Shown: in pieces, positions 39,110 through 54,600 of the stretch
Layout of the letters: each line of letters starts with the position of its first letter
Numbering within the stretch: the stretch's first letter is position 1
From: Eledone cirrhosa
Lineage: Eukaryota
Assembly (NCBI GenBank): GCA_964016885.1
Contig: OZ024742.1
Coordinates: 11,222,001 to 11,286,000 of the forward strand
Direction: 5' to 3'
Length of the DNA stretch: 64,000 nucleotides
The notes under the pieces: generated by a model
What the model saw: only the letters and a program-made list of their open reading frames with translations
Told to the model about the DNA's origin: nothing
Databases searched by the model: none
Program-made: the position numbers and the translations under genes

Positions 39110-40581
39110 GTCACAGACAAGTGACACACACACACATATATAGTCACAGACATGTGACACACACACACACACACATAATCACAGACATGTGGCACACACA
39201 CACACACACACATATATAGTCACATACATGTGACACTCACACACACACATATATAGTCACAGACAAATGACACACACACACACACATATATAGTCTCAGA
39301 CATGTAACACACACACACACACACATATATAGTCACAGATAAATGACACACACACACATATATAGTCACAGACATGTGACACACACACACACATATATAG
39401 TCACAGACAAGTGACACACACACACACATACATAGTCAGACATGTGACACACACACACAAATATATATAGTCACAGACAAGTGACACTCTCACACACACA
39501 CATATATAGTCACAGGCATGTGACACACACACACATATATAGTCACAGACATGTGACACACACACACACATATATAGTCACAGACATCTGACACACACAC
39601 ACACATATATATAGTCACAGACATGCGACACACGCACGCACACACACACATATATAGTCACATACATGTGACACCTACACACACACACATATATATAGTC
39701 ACAGACAAGTGACACACACACACACACACATATATAGTCACATACATGTGACACTCACAAACACACACATATATAGTCACCGACAAATGACACACACACG
39801 CACATATATAGTCTCAGACATGTGACACACACACACACACACATATATAGTCACAGACAAATGACACACACACACACATATATAGTCACAGACATGTGAC
39901 ACACACACACACATATATAGTCACAGACAAGTGACACACACACACACATACACAGTCAGACATGTGACACACACACACACACATACATAGTCAGACATGT
40001 GACACACACATACATAGTCAGAGACAAGTGACACACACACACACACATATAGTCACAGACAAGTGACACACACACACACACATATATAGTCACAGACATG
40101 TGACACACACACACACACATATATAGTTAGAGACAAGTGACACACACACACATATATAGTCACAGACATGTGACACACACACACACATATATAGTCACAG
40201 ACATGTGACACACACACACACCTATATATAGTCACAGACAAGTGTCACTCACACACACACACATATATAGTCACAGACATGTGACACACACACACACACA
40301 TATATAGTCAGAGACATGTGACACTCACACACACACACATATATAGTCACAGACATGTGACACACACACACACACTCATATATAGTCACAGACATGTGAC
40401 ACACACACACACACACACATATAGTCACAGACATGTGACACACACACACACACATATATAATCACAGACATGTGACACACACACACACATATATATAGTC
40501 ACAGACAAGTGACACACACACACACATATAGTCACAGACATGTGACACACACACAGAGACATATATAGTCACATACATGTG

Positions 40582-40614
<33 letters not shown>

Positions 40615-42566
40615 GTCACAGACGTGTGACACACACACACACACATATATAGTCGCATACATGTGACACACACACACACACATATATATATAGTCACAGA
40701 CAAGTGACACACACACACACATATATATAGTCACAGACATGTGACACACACACACACACATATATAGTCACATACATGTGACACACACACACACACACAC
40801 ACATATATAGTCACAGACATGTGACACTCACACACACACATATATAGTCACATACATGTGACACACACACACACACATATATAGTCACATACATGTGGCA
40901 CACACACACACACATATATAGTCAGAGACATGTGACACTCACACACACACACATATATTGTCACAGACATGTGACACACACACACACACACATATAGTCA
41001 CAGACATGTGACACACACACACATATATAGTCACAGACATGTGACACACACACACACATATATAATCACAGACATGTGACACACATACACACACATATAT
41101 AGTCACAGACAAGTGACACACACACACATATATAGTAACAGACATGTGACACACACACACACATATATAGTCTCAGACATGTGACACACACACACACACA
41201 CACACATATATAGTCACAGACGTGTGACACACACACACACACATATATAGTCGCATACATGTGACACACACACACACACATATATATATAGTCACAGACA
41301 AGTGACACACACACATATATATAGTCACAGACATGTGACACACACACACACACATATATAGTCACATACATGTGACACACACACACACACACACATATAT
41401 AGTCACAGACATGTGACACTCACACACACACATATATAGTCACATACATGTGACACACACACACACACATATATAGTCACATACATGTGGCACACACACA
41501 CGCACATATATAGTCACAGACAAGTGACACACACACACATATATAGTCACAGACAAGTGACACACACACACATACATAGTCACAGACAAGTGACACACAC
41601 ACACACATATAGTCACAGACAAGTGACACACACACATATATATAGTCACAGACAAGTAACACACACACACACACATATATATAGTCACAGACATGTGACA
41701 CACACACACACATATATAGTCACGGACATGTGACACACACACACACATACATAGTCAGACATGTGACACACACACACACATACATAGTCAGACAAGTGAC
41801 ACACACACACATATATAGTCACAGACATGTGACACACACACACACACATACATAGTCACAGACATGTGACACACACACACACACACATATTATCACAGAC
41901 AAGTGACACACACACACATATATAGTCACAGACATGTGACACACACACACACATATATAGTCACAGACAAGTGACACTCACACACACACACATATATATT
42001 CACAGGCATGTGACACACACACACACATATATAGTCACAGACATGTGACACACACACACACATATATATAGTCACAGACAAGTTACACACACACACACAC
42101 ACACATACATATATATAGTCACAGACATGTGACACACACACACATATATATAGTCACAGACATGTGACACACACACACACACATATATATAGTCACAGAC
42201 ATGTGACACACACACACACATAGTCACAGACAAGTGACACTCACACACACACACATATATAGTCACAGACATGTGACACACACACACACACACATATATA
42301 GTCACATACATGTGACACACACACACATATATAGTCACATACATGTGACACACACACACATATATAGTCACAGACAAATGACACACACACACATATATAG
42401 TCACAGACATGTGACACACACACACACATATATAGTCTCAGACATGTGACACACACACATATATAGTCACAGACATGTGACACACACACACAAACACACA
42501 CACACACACACATATATAGTCACAGACAAGTGACACACACACACACATATATAGTCACAGATATGT

Positions 42567-42610
<44 letters not shown>

Positions 42611-42834
42611 TATAGTCAAAGACATGTGACACACACACACATATATAGTCACAGACAAATGACACACACACACATATATAGTCACAGACACGTGACACAC
42701 ACACACACATATATAGTCTCAGACATGTGACACACACACATATATAGTCACAGACATGTGACACACACACACACACACATATATAGTCACAGACAAGTGA
42801 CACACACACACACATATATAGTCACAGACATGTG

Positions 42835-42867
<33 letters not shown>

Positions 42868-45061
42868 GTCTAAGACATGTGACACACACACACACACACA
42901 TATGTATAGTCACAGACAAGTGACACACACACACATATATAGTCACAGACATGTGACACACACACACACACTTACATAGTCAGACATGTGACACACACAC
43001 ACACACATACATAGTCAGACAAGTGACACATACACACACATATATAGTCACAGACAAGTGACACACACACACATATATAGTCACAGACATGTGACACACA
43101 CACACACACACATATATATAGTCACAGACAAGTGACACTCACACACACACACATATATATTCACAGGCATGTGACACACACACACACTTATATAGTCACA
43201 GACATGTGACACACACACACACACATATATAGTCACAGACAAGTGACGCACACACGCACACACACACATATATAGTCACAGACATATGACACACACACAC
43301 ACACATATATAGTCACAGACATGTGACACTCACACACACACACACATATAGTCACGTACATAGACACACAAGTGACACACACACACACACACATATATAG
43401 TCACAGACATGTGACACACACACACACATACATATATAGTCACAGACATGTGACACTCACACACACATATAGTCACAGACAAGTGACACACACACACACA
43501 CATATATATTCACAGACATGTGACACACACACACACACATATATAGTCACAGACAAGTGACACACACACACACACATATATAGTCACAGACAAGTGACAC
43601 ACACACACATACATAGTCACAGACAAGTGACACACACACATATATATAGTCACAGACAAGTATCACACACACACACACATATATATAGTCACAGACATGT
43701 GACACACACACACATATATAGTCACAGACATGTGACACACACACACATACATAGTCACAGACATGTGACACACACACACACATATATAGTCACATACATG
43801 TGACACACACACACATATATAGTCACAGACAAATGACACACACACACACATATATAGTCACAGACATGTGACACACACACACACATATATAGTCTCAGAC
43901 ATGTGACACACACACATATATAGTCACAGACATGTGACACACACACACACACACATATATATAGTCACAGACAACTGACACACACACACATATATAGTCA
44001 CAGACATGTGACACACACACACACACACATAGTCACAGACATGTGGCACACACACACACATATATAGTCACATACATGTGACACTCACACACACACATAT
44101 ATAGTCACAGACAAATGACACACACACACACACATATATAGTCTCAGACATGTAACACACACACACACACACATATATAGTCACAGATAAATGACACACA
44201 CACACATATATAGTCACAGACATGTGACACACACACACACATATATAGTCACAGACAAGTGACACACACACACACATACATAGTCAGACATGTGACACAC
44301 ACACACAAATATATATAGTCACAGACAAGTGACACTCTCACACACACACATATATAGTCACAGGCATGTGACACACACACACATATATAGTCACAGACAT
44401 GTGACACACACACACACATATATAGTCACAGACATCTGACACACACACACACATATATATAGTCACAGACATGCGACACACGCACGCACACACACACATA
44501 TATAGTCACATACATGTGACACTCACACACACACACAGATATAGTCACAGACAAATGACACACACACATATATAGTCACAGACATGTCACACACACACAC
44601 ACACATATATAGTCACAGACATGTGACACACACACACACATATATAGTCACAGACAAGTGACACACACACACATATATAGTCACAGACATGTGACACACA
44701 CACACACACACATATATAGTCACAGACATGTGACACACACACACACATATATATAGTCACAGACAAGTGACACTCACACACACACACATATATAGTCACA
44801 GGCATGTGACACACACACACATATATAGTCACAGACATGTGACACACACACACACACATATAGTCACAGACATCTGACACACACACACACATATATTATC
44901 GCAGAGAAGTGACACACACACACACACATATATAGTCACAGACAAGTGACACACACACACACATATATAGTCACAGAGAAGTGACACACACACACACACA
45001 CATATATAGTCACAGACAAGTGACACTCACACACACACACATATATAGTCACAGACGTGTG

Positions 45062-45094
<33 letters not shown>

Positions 45095-45176
45095 GTCACA
45101 TACATGTGACACACACACACACACATATATAGTCTCAGACATGTGACACACACACACATATAGTCACAGACATGTG

Positions 45177-45213
<37 letters not shown>

Positions 45214-47810
45214 GTCAGAGACATGTGACACACACACACACACATATATAGTCACAGACATGTGACACACACACACACACACATATATATAGTCACAGAC
45301 AAGTGACACACACACACACACACATATATAGTCAAATACATGTGACACTCACAAACACACACATATATAGTCACCGACAAATGACACACACACGCACATA
45401 TATAGTCTCAGACATGTGACACACACACACACACACATATATAGTCACAGACAAATGACACACACACACACATACACAGTCAGACATGTGACACACACAC
45501 ACACACATACATAGTCAGACATGTGACACACACATACATAGTCACAGACAAGTGACACACACACACACACATATAGTCACAGACAAGTGACACACACACA
45601 CACACATATATAGTCACAGACATGTGACACACACACACACACATATATAGTTACAGACAAGTGACACACACACACATATATAGTCACAGACATGTGACAC
45701 ACACACACACATATATAGTCACAGACATGTGACACACACACACACCTATATATAGTCACAGACAAGTGTCACTCACACACACACATATATATAGTCACAG
45801 GCATGTGACACACACACACACATATATAGTCACAGACATGTGACACACACACACACATATATAGTCACAGACAAGTGACACACACACACACATACACAGT
45901 CAGACATGTGACACACACACACACACATACATAGTCAGACATGTGACACACACATACATAGTCACAGACAAGTGACACACACACACACACATATAGTCAC
46001 AGACAAGTGACACACACACACACACATATATAGTCACAGACATGTGACACACACACACACACATATATAGTTACAGACAAGTGACACACACACACATATA
46101 TAGTCACAGACATGTGACACACACACACACATATATAGTCACATACATGTGACACACACACACACACCTATATATAGTCACAGACAAGTGTCACTCACAC
46201 ACACACATATATATAGTCACAGGCATGTGACACACACACACACATATATAGTCACAGACATGTGACACACACACACACACATATATAGTCAGAGACATGT
46301 GACACTCACACACACACACATATATAGTCACAGACATGTGACACACACACACACACTCATATATAGTCACAGACATGTGACACACACACACACACACACA
46401 TATAGTCACAGACATGTGACACACACACACACACATATATAATCACAGACATGTGACACACACACACACATATATATAGTCACAGACAAGTGACACACAC
46501 ACACACACATATAGTCACAGACATGTGACACACACACAGAGACATATATAGTCACATACATGTGACACACACACACACACACACACATATATAGTCACAG
46601 ACGTGTGACACACACACACACACATATATAGTCGCATACATGTGACACACACACACACACATATATATATAGTCACAGACAAGTGACACACACACACACA
46701 TATATATAGTCACAGACATGTGACACACACACACACACATATATAGTCACATACATGTGACACACACACACACACATATATAGTCACAGACATGTGACAC
46801 TCACACACACACATATATAGTCACATACATGTGACACACACACACACACACACATATATAGTCACATACATGTGGCACACACACACACACATATATAGTC
46901 AGAGACATGTGACACTCACACACACACACACATATATAGTCACAGACATGTGACACACACACACACACACATATAGTCACAGACATGTGACACACACACA
47001 CACACATATATAGTCACAGACATGTGACACACACACACACACACATATATAATCACAGACATGTGACACACACACACACACACATATATAGTCACAGACA
47101 AGTGACACACACACACATATATAGTAACAGACATGTGACACACACACACACACACATATATAGTCTCAGACATGTGACACACACACACACACACACATAT
47201 ATAGTCACAGACGTGTGACACACACACACACACATATATAGTCGCATACATGTGACACACACACACACACATATATATATAGTCACAGACAAGTGACACA
47301 CACACATATATATAGTCACAGACATGTGACACACACACACACACATATATAGTCACATACATGTGACACACACACACACACACACATATATAGTCACAGA
47401 CATGTGACACTCACACACACACATATATAGTCACATACATGTGACACACACACACACACATATATAGTCACATACATGTGGCACACACACACACACATAT
47501 ATAGTCAGAGACATGTGACACTCACACACACACACACATATATAGTCACAGACATGTGACACACACACACACACACATATAGTCACATACATGTGACACA
47601 CACACACACACATATATAGTCACAGACATGTGACACACACACACACACACATATATAATCACAGACATGTGACACACACACACACACACATATATAGTCA
47701 CAGACAAGTGACACACACACACACATATATAGTCACAGACATGTGACACACACACACACACATATATAGTCTCAGACATGTGACACACACACACACACAC
47801 ACACATATAT
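1021..47810. repeat. Large compound tandem satellite (Sat-A): (CA)n(TA)n-GTCACAGACA[T/A]GTGA, unit ~31-39 bp, roughly 1,300-1,400 copies (estimated from length, not counted)
   Basis: The conserved core gtcacagaca(t/a)gtgac recurs continuously from 1044 to ~47785, separated by variable CA and TA runs. The array ends abruptly at ...acacatatat|cggtatatac (47810). Confidence 0.98.
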
Positions 47811-48007
47811 CGGTATATACATGTAAACATAGATATGGAGAAAATGTTTCAAATAAACTAGATTTACATAGAAACACATTCAACCCCACATGTCGGGAGT
47901 ATATATATACTTTACACTCAAACATATATAAACATATATATATATAATATGGATGTGCATATATATACACATGTATATATATGTATGTATATGCACGTGG
48001 TTAAACC

Positions 48008-48432
48008 ACTGGGAGTGAAGGACCCCTAGCCTTTGTCAGGGCATTCTTCTAGGAGAAGACAACTCAGGAAACTGGGATAAATCTTTTCTTGATCTTCTCT
48101 TTTCGGGTTATAGCTACTGTCGCTCAGAGAGTGGGATTGGCTCAGTGCACAGTCTTTCCTCACAGGCATTGCACGATAGAATTAATTAATTGTTTCTACG
48201 TTTGGCACAAGGGCAGCAATTACCCAGTGTATTACTGGGACTTTATTTTACCGACCCCGTAAGGATGAAAGGCAAAGTTAACCTCGGCGGGATTTGAACT
48301 CAGATCCTAAAGGCACGTAACTACGCTGGAAAGCATATCTGACCCTCTACCAATACTGCCAATTCACCAATGATTATTAATAATGGTATATCGTGCAATG
48401 TCCATACTCGATAACGAGGGGGCAGCCATCAT
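48008..48432 (+). mobile_element. Non-autonomous RTE-related/SINE-like element, copy 1, interrupted by a SINE insertion
   Basis: 48008-48187 and ~48372-48432 match the reverse complement of 62351-62650 (actgggagtgaaggacccct...gcattgcacgatagaattaat and attattaataat...ctcgataacgagggggca-catcat). The (CAT)n tail and ggagaag-caactc motif resemble RTE-clade ends (recalled similarity). Confidence 0.7.
48183..48368 (-). mobile_element. tRNA-derived SINE (MetaSINE-like central domain)
   Basis: Minus strand reads ggtgaattggcag...ctGAGTTCAAATCCcgccgaggttaactttgcctttcatccttacggggtcggtaaaataaagtcccagt...gcccttgtgccaaacgtagaaacaatt. This gives a Pol III B-box plus the gcctttcatcctt-cggggtcg-taaaat domain typical of an abundant mollusc SINE family. 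Confidence 0.8.
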
Positions 48433-48452
48433 ATATATATGTATGTAAAGTT

Positions 48453-48633
48453 GCATGGCTTACTAGGTAGAGCGGTCTGCTAGCAATTGTGAGATTGTAA
48501 GATACCCGGGTAGGATAATGCGTTGTGTCCTTAAGCAAGACACTTTATCTCACGTTGCTCCAGTTTATTCAGCTGTAGAAATAGGTTGCGATATCACTGG
48601 TGCCCAGCTGTATTGGCCATTACCTTTTCCTTG
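48453..48633 (+). mobile_element. tRNA-derived CORE-type SINE, 3'-truncated by Sat-B
   Basis: A-box-like tggcttactaggtagagcg is followed by CORE-like gttgtgtccttaagcaagacacttt and body cacgttgctccagt...agctgtagaaataggttgcga. Confidence 0.7.
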
Positions 48634-48639
48634 CACACA

Positions 48640-51600
48640 TCCTATATAGTGCATATATATATATATATACTGTAAATAGTGTATATATAATGTACACATC
48701 CTATACAGTGTATATATATATATATATATATATACTGTACATGCTGTATATATAATGTACATGCTGTATATATACTGTACATGCTCTATATATAATGTAC
48801 ATGCTGTATATATACACTGTACATGCTGTATATATACTGTACATGCTGTATATATACTGTACATGATGTATATATACTGTACATGATGTATATATACTGT
48901 ACATGCTGTATATATACACTGTACATGCTGTATATATACTGTACATACAGTATATATACTGTAAATGTTGTATATATACTGTACATGCTGTATATATGCT
49001 GTATATATACTTTGCATGCTGTATATATACTGTACATGATGTATATATACTGTACATGCTGTATATATACACTGTACATGCTGTATATATACTGTACATG
49101 CTGTATATATACTGTACATGCTGTATATATATAATGTACATGCTGTATATATACTGTACATGCTGTATATATACTGTACATGATGTATATATACTGTACA
49201 TGCTGTATATATACACTGTACATGCTGTATATATACTGTACATGCTGTATATATACTGTACATGCTGTATATATACTGTACATGCTGTATATATATAATG
49301 TACATGCCGTATATATACTGTACATGCTGTATATATACTGTACATGCTGTATATATACACTGTACATGCTGTATATATACTGTACATGCTGTATATATAC
49401 TGTACATGATGTATATATACTGTACATGCTGTATATATATAATGTACATGTTCTATATATACTGTACATGCTGTATATATAATGTACATGCTGTATATAT
49501 ACTGTACAGAGTGTATATATACTGTACATGCTGTATATATAATGTACATGCTGTATATATAATGTACATGGTGTAATTATATAATGTACATGCTGTATAT
49601 ATACTGTACATGCTGTATATATATAATGTAGATACTGTATATATAATGTACATGCTGTATATATACTCTACATACAGTATATATACTGTAAATGTTGTAT
49701 ATATACTGTACATGCTGTATATATGCTGTATATATACTGTACATGCTGTATATATACTGTACATGGTGTATATATACTGTACATGGTGTATATATACTGT
49801 ACATGCTGTATATATATACTGTACATGCTGTATATATACCGTACATGCTGTATATATACTGTACATGGTGTATATATATTGTACATGGTGTATATATACT
49901 GTACATGCTATATATATACTGTACATGCTGTATATATACTGTACATGCTGTATATATAATGTACATACTGTATATATACTGTACATGGCGTATATATAGT
50001 GTACATGCTGTATATATACTGTACATGGTGTATATATAATGTACATGGTGTATATATAATGTACATGGTGTATATATACTGTACATGGTGTATATATACT
50101 GTACATGCTTTATACATATAATGTACATGCGGTATATATAATGTACATGCTGTATATATAATGTACATGCTGTATATATAATGTACATGCTGTATATATA
50201 ATGTACATACTGTATATATAATGTACATACAGTATATATACTGTACATGCTGTATATATAATGTATATGCTGTATATAAAATGTACATGCTGTATATATA
50301 ATGTACATGCTATATATAAAATGTACATACTGTATATATAATGTACATGCTCTATATATACTGTACATGCTGTATATATACTGTACATGCTGTATATATA
50401 ATGTGCATGCTGTATATATATACTGTATATATAATGTGCATGCTGTATATATATACTGTATATGCTGTATACATATAATGTACATGCGGTATATATACTG
50501 TACTTGCTGTATATATTATGTACATGCTGTATATATAATGTACATGCTACATATATACTGTACATGCTACATATATAAGGTACATGCTGTATATATATAT
50601 ACTGTACATGCTGTATATATATACTGTACATACTGTATATATATACTGTACATACTGTATATATTATGTACATGCTGTATATATATATACTGTACATGCT
50701 GTATATATATACTGTACATACTGTATATATTATGTACATGCTGTATATATACTGTACATGGTGTATATCTACTATACATGATGTATATATACTGTACATA
50801 CTGTATATATACTGTACATACTGTATATATACTGTACATGCTGTATATATACTGTACATGCTGTATATATATACTGTACATGCTGTATATATACTGTACA
50901 TGCTGTATATATACTGTACATGCTGTATATATACTGTACATGGTGTATATATATTGTACATGGTGTATATATACTGTACATGCTATATATATACTGTACA
51001 TGCTGTATATATACTGTACATGCTGTATATATAATGTACATACTGTATATATACTGTACATGGCGTATATATAGTGTACATGCTGTATATATACTGTACA
51101 TGGTGTATATATAATGTACATGGTGTATATATAATGTACATGGTGTATATATACTGTACATGGTGTATATATACTGTACATGCTTTATACATATAATGTA
51201 CATGCGGTATATATAATGTACATGCTGTATATATAACGTACATGCTGTATATATAATGTACATGCTGTATATATAATGTACATACTGTATATATAATGTA
51301 CATACAGTATATATACTGTACATGCTGTATATATAATGTACATGCTGTATATAAAATGTACATGCTGTATATATAATGTACATGCTATATATAAAATGTA
51401 CATACTGTATATATAATGTACATGCTTTATATATACTGTACATGTTGTATATATACTGTACATGCTGTATATATAATGTGCATGCTGTATATATATACTG
51501 TATATGCTGTATACATATAATGTACATGCGGTATATATACTGTACTTGCTGTATATATTATGTACATGCTGTATATATAATGTACATGCTACATATATAC

Positions 51601-54600
51601 TGTACATGCTACATATATAAGGTACATGCTGTATATATATATACTGTACATGCTGTATATATATACTGTACATACTGTATATATTATGTACATGCTGTAT
51701 ATATACTGTACATGGTGTATATCTACTGTACATGATGTATATATACTGTACATACTGTATATATACTGTACATGCTGTATATATACTGTACATGATGTAT
51801 ATATACTTTACATGCTGTATATATACTGTAAATAGTGTATATATTATGTACATGCTGTATATATAATGTACATGCTGTATATATAATGTACATGGTGTAA
51901 TTATATAATGTACATGCTGTATATATACTGTACATGCTGTATATATACTGTACAAGCTGTATATATATAATGTACATACTGTATATATAATGTACATGCT
52001 GTATATATACTCTACATTCAGTATATATACTGTACATGTTGTATATATACTGTACATGCTGTATATATGCTGTATATATACTGTACATGCTGTATATATA
52101 CTGTACATGGTGTATATATACTGTACATGGTGTATATTTACTGTACATGCTGTATATATACTGTACATGCTGTATATATACTGTACATGGTGTATATATA
52201 ATGTACATGGTGTATATATACTGTACATGCTATATATATACTGTACATGCTGTATATATACTGTACATGCTGTATATATAATGTACATACTGTATATATA
52301 CTGTACATGGCGTATATATAGTGTACATGCTGTATATATACTGTACATGGTGTATATATAATGTACATGGTGTATATATAATGTACATGGTATATATATA
52401 CTGTACATGGTGTATATATACTGTACATGCTTTATACATATAATGTACATGCGGTATATATAATGTACATGCTGTATATATAATGTACATGCTGTATATA
52501 TAATGTACATGCTGTATATATAATGTACATACTGTATATATAATGTACATACAGTATATATACTGTACATGCTGTATATATAATGTACATGCTGTATATA
52601 AAATGTACATGCTGTATATATAATGTACATGCTATATATAAAAATGTACATACTGTATATATAATGTACATGCTCTATATATACTGTACATGCTGTATAT
52701 ATACTGTACATGCTGTATATATAATGTGCATGCTGTATATATAATGTACATGCTGTATATATACTTTACATGCTGTATATATAATGTACATGCTGTATAT
52801 ATAATGTACATGCTGTATATATAATGTACATACTGTATATATAATGTACATACAGTATATATACTGTACATGCTGTATATATAATGTACATGCTGTATAT
52901 AAAATGTACATGCTGTATATATAATGTACATGCTATATATAAAATGTACATACTGTATATATAATGTACATGCTCTATATATACTGTACATGGTGTATAT
53001 ATAATGTACATGGTGTATATATAATGTACATGGTGTATATATACTGTACATGGTGTATATATACTGTACATGCTTTATACATATAATGTACATGCGGTAT
53101 ATATAATGTACATGCTGTATATATAATGTACATGCTGTATATATAATGTACATGCTGTATATATAATGTACATACTGTATATATAATGTACATACAGTAT
53201 ATATACTGTACATGCTGTATATATAATGTACATGCTGTATATAAAATGTACATGCTGTATATATAATGTACATGCTATATATAAAATGTACATACTGTAT
53301 ATATAATGTACATGCTCTATATATACTGTACATGCTGTATATATACTGTACATGCTGTATATATAATGTGCATGCTGTATATATAATGTACATGCTGTAT
53401 ATATACTTTACATGCTTTATATATTTACTGTACATGCTGTATATATACTGTACATGCTGTATACATATAATGTACATGCTGTATATATATACGGTATATG
53501 CTCTATATATACTGTACTTGCTGTATATATAATGTACATGCTGTATATATAATGTACATGCTGTATATATACTGTACATACTGTATATATACTGTACATA
53601 CTGTATATATACTGTACATGCTGTATATATACTGTACATGCTGTATACATATAATGTACATGCTGTATATATACTGTACATGGTGTATATATTATGTACA
53701 TGCTGTATATATAATGTACATGCTACATATATACTGTACATGCTACATATATAAGGTACATGCTGTATATATATATACTGTACATGCTGTATATATATAC
53801 TGTACATACTGTATATATTATGTACATGCTGTATATATACTGTACATGGTGTATATCTACTGTACATGATGTATATATACTGTACATACTGTATATCTAC
53901 TGTACATGCTGTATATATACTGTACATGCTGTATATATAATGTACATGCTGTATATATACTTTACATGCTGTATATATACTGTACATACTGTATATATAC
54001 TGTACATGCTGTATATATACTGTACATGCTGTATATATACTTTACATGCTGTATAAAAACTGTAAATAGTGTATATATTATGTACATGCTGTATATATAC
54101 TGTACATGCTGTATATATACTTTACATGCTGTATATATACTGTACGTAGTGTATATATTATGTACATGCTGTATATATACTGTACATGCTGTATATATAT
54201 ATACTGTACATGCTGTATATATATATACTGTACATGCTGTATATATATATACAGTACATGCTGTATATATAATGTACATGGTGTATATATACTGTACATA
54301 GTGTATATATACTGTACATGCTGTATATATACTGTTCATGCTGTATATAGACTGTACATGCTGTATATATATACTGTACATCCTGTATATATACTGTATA
54401 TGCTGTATATATACTATACATGCTGTATAATATATACTGTACATAGTGTATATATACTGTATATGCTGTACATATACAGTACATGCTGTATATATTATGT
54501 ACATGTTGTATATATACTGTACATGGTGTATATATATAATGCACATCATATATATATTGTACATGCTGTATATATACTGTACATGCTGTATATATACTGT

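Noticed and set aside
1021-47810. CRISPR-like appearance (palindromic repeat plus variable spacers)
   Set aside because: Spacers are only CA/TA runs rather than unique sequence, there is no leader or cas gene, and the context is eukaryotic.
1021-47810. Sat-A as a hammerhead-ribozyme satellite
   Set aside because: It has only a stem II-like hairpin. CUGANGA and GAAA boxes are absent on both strands.
1-47970. Hundreds of Cys/Val-rich or His/Thr-rich ORFs (MCVCV..., HTHT...)
   Set aside because: These are translations of CA/TG repeats that overlap in all frames, with no domain or codon signal. They are not metallothioneins or His-rich proteins.
48290-48368. tRNA gene
   Set aside because: A B-box is present but there is no cloverleaf, and it continues into a SINE body.
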